A DNA stretch of 50,316 nt from Candidatus Promineifilaceae bacterium (GCA_050292445.1 JBNKLQ010000001.1:1-50316), one strand, 5' to 3'. Shown: positions 34,645-45,180, numbered from the stretch's first letter. The notes: a model not told the origin generated them from the sequence alone. A program made the numbers and translations.

Positions 34645-37428
34645 ATGGCCAAGCAAAGCAAAAAACAACTAAGCGAAGACATCCACCTTCTGGGTGATAT
34701 TTTAGGACAGGTCATTCGCCGCCAGGCCGGGGTGGAAATGTTTGAGCTAGAAGAGGGTGTGCGGGCATTGTCCAAGGCACGGCGCATGGATGCCAATCCA
34801 GAAATTGACACCCGCCTGGAACAAATTGTCAATGGGCTGAGCGTAGAAAAGGCAGAGCTGCTCTCGCGGGCGTTCGCCAACTATTTTGAGCTGGTCAATC
34901 TGGCCGAGGAGCAAAATCGGGTGCGCGTTTTGCGCGACCGAGAGCGCAAGGCCCACCCCCAACCGCTCAAGGAGTCGATTACGGCGGCAATAGCCCAGCT
35001 GCGCCAGATGGGCGTGGATGAGTATGAAATGGGCAAGCTGCTAGACAAACTGCATGTGGAGTTGGTCTTCACCGCCCATCCCACCCAGGCCAAGCGCCGG
35101 ACGGTGCTTTCTAAGCTGCGGCGCATTTCCACCGCGCTGACGGATCTGCATGTACGCGATTTGTTGCCCACAGAACGTGACAGCTTGATGACCAGTATCA
35201 TGGCTGAAGTCACTTCCCTCTGGCTAACGAACCGGACACGAACGGCCGTTATCACCGTCACTGACGAAGTAAAAACCGGCCTCTACTACATGGATACGAC
35301 CATCTGGGACACCATTCCCGATGTGTATGCCAGCATGGCCAAGGCGATTGCTGATTATTATCCCACACTCACGCCGCCCAAAGGCTTCCTCACCTTTGGT
35401 TCCTGGATTGGCGGGGACCGGGATGGCAACCCCAACGTGACGGCTGACGTGACAGCCGAAACGCTGCGGCTGCATCGCGGGCTGGCCATGGTGCAGCACC
35501 GGGAATCGGCCACCCAGCTCAACCGTTCCCTGACGGTTTCTGACTCGCTGACGCCCATTCAGCAGGAGTTTTTGGATGCACTGGCTGAAGTGAGGCATAA
35601 GTCTGAGCACCTTGCCTTTTTACAGAATCGCTATCCTAACGAGCCGTATCGCCTATGGGCGGCGGCATTGGCCGAAGATCTGGCCACGGCCGCTGCTGGT
35701 GATATGGTGGCCCGGCTCAAGGGGGAAGCCAATCCGCCGCTGCGCATGAAAAGTATGCGCGATCTGCTGGAGCCGCTTAAGCTGATGAACAAGACGCTGC
35801 ATGAAAGCCACCTGGGCGATCTGGCGGCGGACCAGTTGGCGCGGATGCGGCGGCAGGCACAGGTGTTTGGTTTGCATGTGGCCCGGTTGGACATCCGCCA
35901 ATATAGTGATTTTAATACGGCCGTTCTTGCCGAACTCCTGCGCAAACTCAAATTGCACGACAGCTTTGACGCGCTTGAACCGGCTGAACGCGCTCAAATC
36001 TTATCCAACCTGCTGGCTTCCCCTAACCCAGATTTGAGCCAACTGACCGATTTATCGCTAGAGGCGGATGAGACATTGACGCTGTTCCAGATTTTGTACC
36101 GCGCTTTTGACTTTTACGGCCGTGAACTACTTGGCCCCTACATTGTCAGTATGACGCACGGCCCGGAAGATATTTTAGCCCCACTGCTGCTGGCCAAATG
36201 GCACGGCCTTTGCCTGGACCTGAACCGGGAAGATGAGGGCATGACCTTTGTGCCCCTGTTTGAAACCCGCGAGGATTTACGCAACGCGCCCGGGGTGATG
36301 GCTGATCTATTTAACCATCCTGCTTATGCGCCGCATCTGGAACGGGTCAATCGGAACCAGACGATCATGATTGGCTATTCAGACAGCAACAAGGATGCAG
36401 GCTACATGGCGGCCAACTGGGAGCTGTACCAGGCACAGGAGGTGTTGGCGGAGGCGTGTGCCAAACACAACGTCAGCATTATGCTGTTTCACGGGCGGGG
36501 TGGCACGATTGCGCGTGGCGGTGGCCCGGCGAATCGGGCGATTTTGGCGCAACCCCCTGGCTCGGTCAACGGCCGTATCCGCATTACAGAACAAGGCGAA
36601 GTGATCGACGAGCGGTATGGGCATCCCGCTGTGGCTCGACGGCACCTGGAGCAGGTGGTCAACGCCACGCTGATGGCCAGTGTTGATCCCCGGCACGGCG
36701 GCACCACCCGTCCCCAGGATGATTGGCGGGCGGCGATGGATGAATTAGCGGCCGTTTCCTACAAAACCTACCGCCAGCTCATCTACGAAACACCAGAACT
36801 GCTGGAATATTGGGGCGCAGCCACACCCATCACGGAAATTAGCCAGATGCGTATCGGTAGTCGGCCGTCGCGCCGCACGGCCAAAGCGACGTTTGCCAGC
36901 CTACGGGCCATCCCTTGGGGCTTTAGCTGGATGCAAAGCCGCCATGTTTTGCCCGGCTGGTATGGCGTGGGCGAGGCGCTGGAAGCGTATGGCAATCAGT
37001 CTCCCGAACACCTGCGCCGCCTGCAAGAAATGTATAAAAAATGGCCTTTCTTTCGGGTCGTGATCGACAATGCGCAGGTGTCATTGGCCAAAGCCGATAT
37101 GGGCATTGCCCGACTGTATGCCAATTTGGTAGAAGATGAAGCGATACGAACAAAGATTTTTGGTGAGATTGAGAGTTCGTTTACCCGCACGGTCAACTGG
37201 ATTTTGCGGGTAACGGGTCAGCGGGAACTGTTGGACAACGATCCGGTGTTGCAGCGCTCGGTGCGACAGCGCAATCCTTACGTCGATCCGCTGAATTTTG
37301 TGCAGGTGGCCCTGCTGCGTCGGCTGCGCTTCTTGCCGGAAAAGGACAGCCCCAAAGCACAGCAGATTCTGCACGCCATCTTTTTAACCATTAACGGTAT
37401 TGCTTCTGGGCTAAAAAATACGGGGTAG
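34645..37428 (+). CDS. ppc: Phosphoenolpyruvate carboxylase
   Basis: VFTAHPTQAKRRTV, MIGYSDSNKDAGY, LFHGRGGTIARGGGP and the C-terminal ...NGIASGLKNTG are PEPC hallmarks. Confidence 0.95.
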   Translation: MAKQSKKQLSEDIHLLGDILGQVIRRQAGVEMFELEEGVRALSKARRMDANPEIDTRLEQIVNGLSVEKAELLSRAFANYFELVNLAEEQNRVRVLRDRERKAHPQPLKESITAAIAQLRQMGVDEYEMGKLLDKLHVELVFTAHPTQAKRRTVLSKLRRISTALTDLHVRDLLPTERDSLMTSIMAEVTSLWLTNRTRTAVITVTDEVKTGLYYMDTTIWDTIPDVYASMAKAIADYYPTLTPPKGFLTFGSWIGGDRDGNPNVTADVTAETLRLHRGLAMVQHRESATQLNRSLTVSDSLTPIQQEFLDALAEVRHKSEHLAFLQNRYPNEPYRLWAAALAEDLATAAAGDMVARLKGEANPPLRMKSMRDLLEPLKLMNKTLHESHLGDLAADQLARMRRQAQVFGLHVARLDIRQYSDFNTAVLAELLRKLKLHDSFDALEPAERAQILSNLLASPNPDLSQLTDLSLEADETLTLFQILYRAFDFYGRELLGPYIVSMTHGPEDILAPLLLAKWHGLCLDLNREDEGMTFVPLFETREDLRNAPGVMADLFNHPAYAPHLERVNRNQTIMIGYSDSNKDAGYMAANWELYQAQEVLAEACAKHNVSIMLFHGRGGTIARGGGPANRAILAQPPGSVNGRIRITEQGEVIDERYGHPAVARRHLEQVVNATLMASVDPRHGGTTRPQDDWRAAMDELAAVSYKTYRQLIYETPELLEYWGAATPITEISQMRIGSRPSRRTAKATFASLRAIPWGFSWMQSRHVLPGWYGVGEALEAYGNQSPEHLRRLQEMYKKWPFFRVVIDNAQVSLAKADMGIARLYANLVEDEAIRTKIFGEIESSFTRTVNWILRVTGQRELLDNDPVLQRSVRQRNPYVDPLNFVQVALLRRLRFLPEKDSPKAQQILHAIFLTINGIASGLKNTG

Positions 37429-37462
37429 TTTCTTGCCAAGGGCCAGGCACTTCTGACGCTGG

Positions 37463-38377
37463 CTAGCCTATCCCAACTAAAATCAATCCAACGGAGACGA
37501 TGCCAATGCCCAACAGTTTGGGCAAATAGCGGGGTTCTTGCTGTAGCGTTAGCCCCAGAACTGCGCCGATGGGAATGCTTAGCTGGCGAAAAGCGGCCAC
37601 GTAGCTCACATCGCTCACGTAAGCCATGGCCGCCAACACCAACCCGTAGGTGCTCATGATGGCCACCCCGGTCAGGGCGGTGGCAAGAACCAGGGAGCGA
37701 TTTTTCAGAATTGGTCGTAGCTGACGACGTTCTGTTGGATACAGCAGTGTCCCCAGGCCAAGCATAACGGCCGTACTGCCAGTTTGTAACGGAATAAAGA
37801 GCAGAGTAATTTCACTGTTGGTCAAGGGAAGGGCGGCGATGCCTCGCAGCTGCCGCAGGGCCTGATCGTCTAGCATGGTGTACCCAGTGGTCCCTACAGC
37901 GGCCAGCAGCGCCATTAGATAAACCACATCTACATATTCTCGCAGGCGAATCTTTTTAAAGTGAGGCAAGGGTAGAATGATGCAGCCAGAGGCAATTAAC
38001 CCCATGCCGATGAGGCTGATCTGGCTAATTGCACTGCCGTTGCCTAGCAGGAAGCTGATTCCGGCAACCAGGAGAACCGGTATTGCCCTGACGAGTGGGT
38101 AAGCAAATGAGATATCGCCGTGGCGGTATGCTCCGGACAGACCGATGAAGTAGATCATTTGGGATAGGCCGGTGCCAATGACCAACACCCAGACGGAGGT
38201 GGGTATCAGGGGGATTATGCGGTAGTGGGAAATGAGAACGGGGGAGATGAGTAGCCAGGCGGAAACGGCCGTCACAAAAAAGTAAGCCAGCGAGGGGTTT
38301 TGCCGCTTACTGACAAAGTTCCAACCCGCGTGCATAAACGCGGAGGCAATGATCAATGCCGCTGCAATGATGCTCAT
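37463..38377 (-). CDS. DMT-superfamily (EamA-like) transporter, about 10 TM helices
   Basis: 304-aa highly hydrophobic protein with two similar halves. The family call is from topology only. Confidence 0.6.
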   Translation of the reverse strand: MSIIAAALIIASAFMHAGWNFVSKRQNPSLAYFFVTAVSAWLLISPVLISHYRIIPLIPTSVWVLVIGTGLSQMIYFIGLSGAYRHGDISFAYPLVRAIPVLLVAGISFLLGNGSAISQISLIGMGLIASGCIILPLPHFKKIRLREYVDVVYLMALLAAVGTTGYTMLDDQALRQLRGIAALPLTNSEITLLFIPLQTGSTAVMLGLGTLLYPTERRQLRPILKNRSLVLATALTGVAIMSTYGLVLAAMAYVSDVSYVAAFRQLSIPIGAVLGLTLQQEPRYLPKLLGIGIVSVGLILVGIG

Positions 38378-38385
38378 AAAGCGGC

Positions 38386-38916
38386 TTATTCTTCTGGTGC
38401 TGTGGATTGGATAAATTGATTGATGTCAGGATCGGCCAAGCTGTATGATGTAATGCTTGGATCGTCGGCGTTTAAGTCAGAGAGATCGCGCTGTAATTGT
38501 TGTATGTCTGTTTGCCCATTGGCCGTCGTTACGAGGAAAACAGAGCCATCTGCCAGGTCGTAATTTTGGTTGTTGATGCTGAATTGGGCCGTACGGCCGT
38601 CTTTTGTCTCGATTTGCCAGAAAAAATCATACCCGCTTGCAGATAGGGCCTGGCACTGTACCAAATGGGTGTCATCGTCGGTTGCCCCGCTGCTGTCGCA
38701 AGTGCCACTGCCAATGGCATCATGCCAAATCATAATATCCAAACCTTCCTGCCAGTGGAAGAACTCATAACCAGCATATTCGTAGACACCCCCAGCCATG
38801 TCTGGTGCAGGCGGCGTTGTGGAACGGAAACAAGCGGCCGTTGCCATGCTAAGAAAGCCTATCAGAAACACAAACAAAGAAAAACGAATGTGATGCATAA
38901 ATATCCTTAATATCAT
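38386..38916 (-). CDS. Hypothetical secreted protein or lipoprotein
   Basis: N-terminal signal with FLSMATAAC. It is tightly spaced in an operon with the kinase (gap 5 nt) and the transporter (gap 8 nt). Confidence 0.55.
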   Translation of the reverse strand: MILRIFMHHIRFSLFVFLIGFLSMATAACFRSTTPPAPDMAGGVYEYAGYEFFHWQEGLDIMIWHDAIGSGTCDSSGATDDDTHLVQCQALSASGYDFFWQIETKDGRTAQFSINNQNYDLADGSVFLVTTANGQTDIQQLQRDLSDLNADDPSITSYSLADPDINQFIQSTAPEE

Positions 38917-38921
38917 CGAAT

Positions 38922-41900
38922 TTAGGTATTTGGATTTTTTGTTGGGGTGAAGGTAGGCAGCGGTGTTTCGGTGAACCGCGATATGGGTGTGTTTGTTGGC
39001 GCAGGTGTATTGGTGGGGTTTGGTGTTGCAGTTGGCAGCGGCGTGTTTGTGACGGGAGGAGTAGTTGGCGGTACTGGTGTGTTTGTGTTAGTGGGTCTGG
39101 TTGTGCTTGTAAGTGTGGGTATGGGTGTGTTACGCGTAGGCACGATGGTAGGCACAGGCGTATTGCCTGGTGGTTGGCTGGTCGCGCCGGGCTGCGGCGT
39201 GATGGTGGGCAGCGGCGTCACCGATGGCGACGGGGTGGGGAACGGCGTGCTGGATGGCGTGAGGCTTGGCGTTGGCGTGGCGGTTTGGGCGTTGGCTGTT
39301 TCAGTGGCGGCAATGACCGTTTGTATAATAGGCAGCAGGGTTTGCGTGGGCATCGGTGTGGGGGTGGGGCAGGCCACCAGTGTAGGAGCTAGATCGCAGT
39401 AAAGCGTCACGCGGGCAGAGCTTCGGGTGGTCATGTTGGTTCCGGCCACCACACCATAACGGCCGGTAGGCAACAGCAGTTGGCTGTTGCGATTGTTGCG
39501 CAGGCGGCAGCTGCCCGTGAAGCAATCTAATTCCAAAACGGCCGTTTCCGCATCATAAATGACGCCCGCCACATTGTTGTCCGTGGGCAGCAGCACCATC
39601 GCCTCTGAGGGAACATCCAGTTCAAAGTTGTGTGAATCAGCATTTTTGTAATGGATGAGCATACGGCCGTACGTCAACGAAACCTGCGTCGCGTCGGGTT
39701 CATCTTCAGCCTGATTGACCCCGTTCAGCATCAGTTCAGCCTCGGAAGCCAGGTACAGTTCTGCACCGTCAGACAGCACCACGCCCATGCGGTCAGCGCC
39801 GGATTGAATGGCCGCATCTGGCCCGATGCGCACCAGATCGCCTGCCCGGGCGGCTTGCCATTCAGTGGCTCCGCTGGGGCGGAATAACGCACCTTCTCCA
39901 GCCGCAAAAATAACGGCAAAGCCAGGCTCCGGCACGTTGGCCGGAGCAATGAGCGGCGCAATGTCTGTAGACACAATTTGAGCAGAACTGTTAACGGCCG
40001 TTGCCGTCAGGCCATTAATAATTTGGGCAATCTGGGTGGCCGTGCCTGGTGGGAAGAAAACCCCATCTGGCTGGGAGCGACCAGGGATGAGCAGCAGCAA
40101 AATAATAAGAGAAACGGTGGAAAAAGCGGCGGCGGCCATCTGAAACGGCCGTTTCCGATGCAGCGGGACGTGTAGCACCGTGCCTGGTGCTTGCAGCACC
40201 ACGGCCGTCACATTGTCTGGCACATTGCGATCCAGCGCATCCTGCACCAAAATTTTGGCCGCTTCCGTTGGCGAGTTCTCCGAGATAACCCGGCGTAGAC
40301 GACGATACCTCCGCCGCCGACCGTTGGGGGTAATAAGCCCGTCTGAGCAGAGCAGCAAACGGTCGTTGGCTTGCAGCAGCAGCCCCTGATTTTGTCGGGC
40401 GGCCGTTTCATTTTCATTACGGCTCAAGTATAAACCGAGATCGATATGCAGCTCTGGCTCCAGCCCCATCGCGCTGCTGTGGTGGCTGTGGCTGCCGTTC
40501 GCGTGTCTCTTGCCGTTGTTAATGGTTGGTGCCTGAGGTTGGTTCCGGGTAAGCCGGTGTAGGCGATGCCGACGCAGTAGATAAATACGGCCGTTGCCCA
40601 CATGGGCCATGTACAGACGGTCTTCGTGAATGGCTACCAGGGCCACCATTGATTGCATCACCAGCGGCTCACGGTTCTGCTGCGACACGGAAAAGAGGGT
40701 GCGGTTGGTTTTTTGCAGGGCGCGTTGCAGCATGTCGGGGATTTCGTCGGGAACGGCCGTGTCTGCTTGCTCGATCTGGCTAAATAGTTCCGAGATGGCC
40801 AATTCGGCGGCCAGATGGCCATGCTGCTGGCTGCTGCCGCCGTCAGAAACGATAGCTACCAGCAGATGCAGACCGCCTCCTGTTTGAACCGCACCGACAC
40901 GCAGCCGATCTTCCAAAGTGCCACGCGTGCGCGACCGGCCAATATCTTGTTTGGTGCCGCAGCCAGCCAGCCACGCTTGCAGCCAGTGGGGCAGTGGCTC
41001 TTTGCTGTCCTCCTCGCTCACATCGGCAAAACCACTGGTTACAGAGCTGCCGCTTTCTGATTCTGGCTGGATGATGATGGGAGGCGCATTAGGGAACTCT
41101 ACCGGTGGCAGCGTTTCCATTTGCGCCGCTTCCACAAAGGGAGTGGTTAAATCTGAAGCGGTAGCAAACCGATCCTCACGGCTTTTGGCCATTGCTCGCG
41201 CAATGATCTGACTGATCGATTGGGGCAAACTTGGGTTTAGCGTAGCAACATCTGGTACCGGGTCAGACAAATGCATGAGGGCCACAGGCAAACGGCCGTC
41301 TGCCGTAAACGGCAGCTTCCCTGCCAGCATTTCAAACAGAATGACCCCCAGCGCGTAAATATCAGTACGGCCGTCCAAGTGCGCCTGTGCCCTAATTTGC
41401 TCTGGACTCATGTAGGCAGGCGTGCCCACCATGCCATCATTACGCGTCAGCGTGGTAAACGTGCCTTCGGCAAACTTGGCCAGGCCAAAATCAGCCAAGT
41501 ACGCTTTTTGGCTGCTGTCAAACAAAATATTCGATGGTTTTAAATCGCGGTGAATAATATTGTGCGAATGGGTTGTGTCTAGCGCCGGGGCGATCTGGTT
41601 CAAGATGGTGGCCACTTCACCCAGGGTAAGCGGCGCATGTTTAAGTCGCTCACGCAGCGATCCGCCCTCCATGTAGCGCATCACCAGGTATGGCTGTTCA
41701 TCTTCTTCACCAAAGTCGTACACGGGCACGATGGCAGGATGGTTGAGCGAAGCTACCATGCGGCTTTCGCGCTTAAAACGAGAGCGTAAATTGTCGTCGT
41801 AGCTGCGATCCTTCAACAAAACCTTGATGGCTACCTGGCGTTCTATGTATGGGTCGAAGGCAAGGTAAACTACCGCCATGCCACCTCGGCCTAGCAAAGA

Positions 41901-41957
41901 CTCAATCTGGTATCGACCTATCTGAGTAGGTAACTCTTCAGGGTTTGATGAATTCAT
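38922..41957 (-). CDS. Multidomain Ser/Thr protein kinase: Hanks kinase, PP2C-like domain, TM helix, FecR-like extracellular region, Pro/Thr-rich tail
   Basis: GRGGMAVVY, AIKV, HRDLKPSNILF, DFGLAK and GTPAYMSPEQ mark the kinase. VSDGGSS...MAHVGNGRIYLLR...LLLCSDGL...DNVTAVVLQ marks the PP2C-like part. A hydrophobic helix (AAAAFSTVSLIILLLLI) and a C-terminal PTPTP tail follow. Confidence 0.9.
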   Translation of the reverse strand: MNSSNPEELPTQIGRYQIESLLGRGGMAVVYLAFDPYIERQVAIKVLLKDRSYDDNLRSRFKRESRMVASLNHPAIVPVYDFGEEDEQPYLVMRYMEGGSLRERLKHAPLTLGEVATILNQIAPALDTTHSHNIIHRDLKPSNILFDSSQKAYLADFGLAKFAEGTFTTLTRNDGMVGTPAYMSPEQIRAQAHLDGRTDIYALGVILFEMLAGKLPFTADGRLPVALMHLSDPVPDVATLNPSLPQSISQIIARAMAKSREDRFATASDLTTPFVEAAQMETLPPVEFPNAPPIIIQPESESGSSVTSGFADVSEEDSKEPLPHWLQAWLAGCGTKQDIGRSRTRGTLEDRLRVGAVQTGGGLHLLVAIVSDGGSSQQHGHLAAELAISELFSQIEQADTAVPDEIPDMLQRALQKTNRTLFSVSQQNREPLVMQSMVALVAIHEDRLYMAHVGNGRIYLLRRHRLHRLTRNQPQAPTINNGKRHANGSHSHHSSAMGLEPELHIDLGLYLSRNENETAARQNQGLLLQANDRLLLCSDGLITPNGRRRRYRRLRRVISENSPTEAAKILVQDALDRNVPDNVTAVVLQAPGTVLHVPLHRKRPFQMAAAAFSTVSLIILLLLIPGRSQPDGVFFPPGTATQIAQIINGLTATAVNSSAQIVSTDIAPLIAPANVPEPGFAVIFAAGEGALFRPSGATEWQAARAGDLVRIGPDAAIQSGADRMGVVLSDGAELYLASEAELMLNGVNQAEDEPDATQVSLTYGRMLIHYKNADSHNFELDVPSEAMVLLPTDNNVAGVIYDAETAVLELDCFTGSCRLRNNRNSQLLLPTGRYGVVAGTNMTTRSSARVTLYCDLAPTLVACPTPTPMPTQTLLPIIQTVIAATETANAQTATPTPSLTPSSTPFPTPSPSVTPLPTITPQPGATSQPPGNTPVPTIVPTRNTPIPTLTSTTRPTNTNTPVPPTTPPVTNTPLPTATPNPTNTPAPTNTPISRFTETPLPTFTPTKNPNT

Positions 41958-42171
41958 GCAAATGATAAATGGTGAAAGCGAAACCTATTGCACTACCAAA
42001 TTTTATTCGTTCTCACTTTAGTAATTAGCAAAAACTTGTTGCCGATTACACGATATGGATTTTAGGCACACGGACAAGAAGCGTTACAGAAGCAAACAAT
42101 GGAGACATTGTAACAAAAAATAAAAAAGGATGGGCGCAGCTTATTGTACTATTAAGAAAATCCATTACACT

Positions 42172-42378
42172 TTAATGTGCCGGTATATTATAAATCATTA
42201 CACCCAAGGCTAACCCTGCGGACAGCAAGAGTAGACAAAATAGATGTGCCAAACCGTGTGTCATATTATCGGCATCACAGGTTGATAAAGCAAAGCGTAG
42301 AAAACGCCAAAAGAACAGCACACCTGTTACAACAATGATGGCCCATAAAGTTAACAAGGGGCTAATAGTAGACAGCAT
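42172..42378 (-). CDS. Small hypothetical membrane protein (68 aa, two TM helices)
   Basis: The ATG at 42378 is preceded by GGAGGTGG at about 5 nt. The sequence is hydrophobic; the ORF opens at 42447. Confidence 0.4.
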   Translation of the reverse strand: MLSTISPLLTLWAIIVVTGVLFFWRFLRFALSTCDADNMTHGLAHLFCLLLLSAGLALGVMIYNIPAH

Positions 42379-42606
42379 TATCCACCTCCAGTTTTGCAAG
42401 AACTCAGACAAAAACGGCCGTTTGCCATAACGACATACCCAAAGCATACTGAGTTTGGCGCTTTAAAAACTGCCATTTGGCCGACATATTGCTGACAGGT
42501 GAATAACAGGTGAAATTTGCCGAAGGATGTCCCATGTCCTATATCGTTGTTACGGTCGATTTGTTAGGATGGCTATCTAGTTGACAAAAGTTAAAGATAA
42601 GTACTA

Positions 42607-43440
42607 ATGGCAAAAATAGGCCGATACGAAATCATTGAGGAGTTAGGCAATGGCGAAATGGCGTCTGTCTACCTGGCGCGCGATCCGTTTATCAAGCGGC
42701 ATATCGCCATTAAAATTTTGGCCTACGAGCTCACCCAAGACCCGCTTTTCCTCGACTTCTTTTACCAGGAAGCAGAAGCCATTGCTTCTTTGGAACACCC
42801 CACCATCGTCCCTATTTATGATTTTGGCTTACATGGGGTTCAGCCTTACATTGTCATGCGCCATATGCCCAATGGCTCGCTGAAAAACAGGCTCAAGCGG
42901 CGTGGTTTGACGCGACAAGAGCTGTGCGACCTGATGGGACGTATTGCCGAAGGATTGGATGCTGCTCATCAGGTGGGCATTGTCCATCGTGATGTGAAGC
43001 CCTCGAATATCTTATTTAATCAAGCGTACGAAGCGTTTTTGACGGATTTTGGATTGGCCAAATTTACGCAGCGAAAATCGGGCATTACGGGGACGTTGTT
43101 GGTAGGTACACCAGAATATATGAGCCCTGAGCAGGCCCAGCGTTTGCGGGTAGACGGCCGTTCCGACATCTACTCCCTGGGTGTCATTCTCTACCTCATT
43201 TTGACAGGCAAGCACCCTTTTTGGGCCGCTACTCCTTCCCGTACCGCTTCAGCCCACATTCATGCACCTGTGCCCAGCGTGCGCAGCGTTATTACCGAGC
43301 TGCCCGCCATGTGGGACGAGATTATTGGCCAGGCGTTGGCCAAATCCTCCGAGGATCGCTATCAATCAGCCGAGGCGCTGGCCCGGGATGTAGCCCTGGC
43401 CACCCGTGGCCAATGGCATTTGCGTACGGCTCAACCGTAA
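42607..43440 (+). CDS. Ser/Thr protein kinase (catalytic domain only)
   Basis: GNGEMASVY, AIKIL, HRDVKPSNILF, DFGLAKF and GTPEYMSPEQ. Confidence 0.88.
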   Translation: MAKIGRYEIIEELGNGEMASVYLARDPFIKRHIAIKILAYELTQDPLFLDFFYQEAEAIASLEHPTIVPIYDFGLHGVQPYIVMRHMPNGSLKNRLKRRGLTRQELCDLMGRIAEGLDAAHQVGIVHRDVKPSNILFNQAYEAFLTDFGLAKFTQRKSGITGTLLVGTPEYMSPEQAQRLRVDGRSDIYSLGVILYLILTGKHPFWAATPSRTASAHIHAPVPSVRSVITELPAMWDEIIGQALAKSSEDRYQSAEALARDVALATRGQWHLRTAQP

Positions 43441-43527
43441 GTGATCGGTGTTCAGTATTCGGTAATCAGTAATCAGTGTTCAGATTGATATACTGATTAC
43501 TGACCTACTGATCACTGTTTACTGATT
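43441..43527. repeat. CAGT-unit hairpin element, copy 4 (between convergent genes)
   Basis: GTGATCGGTGTTCAGTATTCGGTAATCAGTAATCAGTGTTCAG-attgatat-ACTGATTACTGACCTACTGATCACTGTTTACTGAT. Confidence 0.7.
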
Positions 43528-44304
43528 GACAATAACCGGCAGGAAGAGCGTTTGATCTAGCGCGTTATCTTGAATGGTTACATCCCCCAGCCACACTTCT
43601 GCCCCGGCCGATGAGGTGTCATCCCCTAAAAATAACTGGTTGGGCTGCTCATAAGGGTCTGGTAAGGAAAAGGGAGGCGTCCAATCGGTGTATTGGCGCA
43701 GGTTGCCGTTGAGCAGGAGCATGTCATTGGCGGCCAGTAGATAGCTGTCGTTGAAAATGGTGAGCTTGTAGATGGTAAGCGCGGCGGTCGTGTCGTAGGG
43801 AACGCCTTCTGCGTGGGTGAACAATTGCGTGCCGTTGCCTTCCTGTACCCAAATCTCATCTTGCCAAAAGGCCATTTCTATTCCATGTAAATCTTCGCTG
43901 AGCAAAATGATGCTAAATCCAGCGCGATCATTGTTACTGTCATGGTTTTCGGAGATGACGCGCAAATCAAAGGTGAGCTGGAAGCCAGTGGCGCGGCTAA
44001 GCGTGGGCACGACCGTTTGGCTGACGGTATAGCCTGCATAATCATCTAGCTGGCTGGTACTACTCAACACCGTCACAGATGTGCTGTAAGTTTCGCTGGC
44101 CAATGTGAGGAAGGGGGGCTGTAAGCTGAGCGCCTGCCAGCTAAAATTTTGCTCGCTGGGCAGCGTGCCGAGACTGCTGTCATAAAGTATGGTGGTGGCT
44201 TGAGGGGCTGAGAAGGCGGTTTGCAAGGGGTGGAGCAAGTTGCTAAGGCTGAACAAGGAGGTGAGTAAAACGGCCGTTACCACAAAAACTCGTTTGGGCT
44301 GCAT
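43519..44304 (-). CDS. Hypothetical secreted protein
   Basis: N-terminal signal peptide (VFVVTAVLLTSLFSLSNLL). It sits 12 nt downstream of aroE. Its stop (AATCAGTAA) lies in the repeat element. Confidence 0.6.
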   Translation of the reverse strand: MQPKRVFVVTAVLLTSLFSLSNLLHPLQTAFSAPQATTILYDSSLGTLPSEQNFSWQALSLQPPFLTLASETYSTSVTVLSSTSQLDDYAGYTVSQTVVPTLSRATGFQLTFDLRVISENHDSNNDRAGFSIILLSEDLHGIEMAFWQDEIWVQEGNGTQLFTHAEGVPYDTTAALTIYKLTIFNDSYLLAANDMLLLNGNLRQYTDWTPPFSLPDPYEQPNQLFLGDDTSSAGAEVWLGDVTIQDNALDQTLFLPVIVNQ

Positions 44305-44316
44305 AAATTTCCCTTT

Positions 44317-45180
44317 TTAGGCGTTGAACTGTTGGATGGCGTTGGTCATGACGGCCGTATCCGGCTTCTGTCCCGTCCACAAAGCAAACGCCTTGGCTCC
44401 TTGCTGTACCAGCATTCCCAATCCGTTAATTGCCCAACAACCCGCTGCCTGGGCCTGCTGCATCAGCCGGGTGTGGGGCGGATTGTAAACCAGATCGTAT
44501 ACGATGGCTTCGGCAGGGAAAGGCAAGTTAGTCGGCCAGATCGAGGTCATATCGTTGGGGGTCATGCCCAGCGGCGTGCTGTTGATGATGAGCGGTGCGG
44601 ACAAAGTGGCAGAAACTTTTTCTAAATCGCTCAGTGGTTGGCTAATGAGCTGCGCTTGGGGAAGATACGGCCGTAAATCCGCAATCAACTCCGCTGCCTG
44701 GTCACCCCGTCGAGCTAAAATGTGAACCCGTGCCTCTGACTTGGCTAGTCCATAAGCCACCGCTCGGGCTGAGCCACCAGCACCTAACAGCAAACAATCT
44801 CGTCCGGTCACAGAAACGCCCTGTGCTTGCAAGTCGGCTAAAAAGCCAGACCAATCGGTGTTGTGCCCAGTAAGACGGCCGTTTTCGCCCACCACAATTG
44901 TATTCACCGCGCCAATCGCCTGTGCCCCCGGTTCTAATTCGTCTAGCAAGGGCATGACGGCTTGCTTGTGGGGGACCGTCACGTTTACCCCACGAAAACC
45001 GAGGGCAGATAGGCTGGAAACGGCCGTTGCCACATTTTCTGGTGCAACAGGCAGCGGTACGTAGGCCCAATTCAACCCTAAAGCTTCTGCCGCTGCGTTG
45101 TGCATTGCTGGGCTAAAACTGTGGGAAACGGGCCAGCCAATGAGGCCGATAAGTTGGGTCTTGCCGTTGATTGGGATCAT
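44317..45180 (-). CDS. aroE: Shikimate dehydrogenase
   Basis: GWPVSHSFSPAMHNAA, GVNVTVPHKQ, LLGAGGSARAV and VYDLVYNP. Confidence 0.92.
   Translation of the reverse strand: MIPINGKTQLIGLIGWPVSHSFSPAMHNAAAEALGLNWAYVPLPVAPENVATAVSSLSALGFRGVNVTVPHKQAVMPLLDELEPGAQAIGAVNTIVVGENGRLTGHNTDWSGFLADLQAQGVSVTGRDCLLLGAGGSARAVAYGLAKSEARVHILARRGDQAAELIADLRPYLPQAQLISQPLSDLEKVSATLSAPLIINSTPLGMTPNDMTSIWPTNLPFPAEAIVYDLVYNPPHTRLMQQAQAAGCWAINGLGMLVQQGAKAFALWTGQKPDTAVMTNAIQQFNA

Noticed and set aside
38947-39402. 151-aa Gly/Val-rich ORF on the plus strand (also 12674-12988 and 12681-12932)
   Set aside because: These are antisense shadows of the Pro/Thr-rich linkers in the kinase and in the SBBP-repeat protein.
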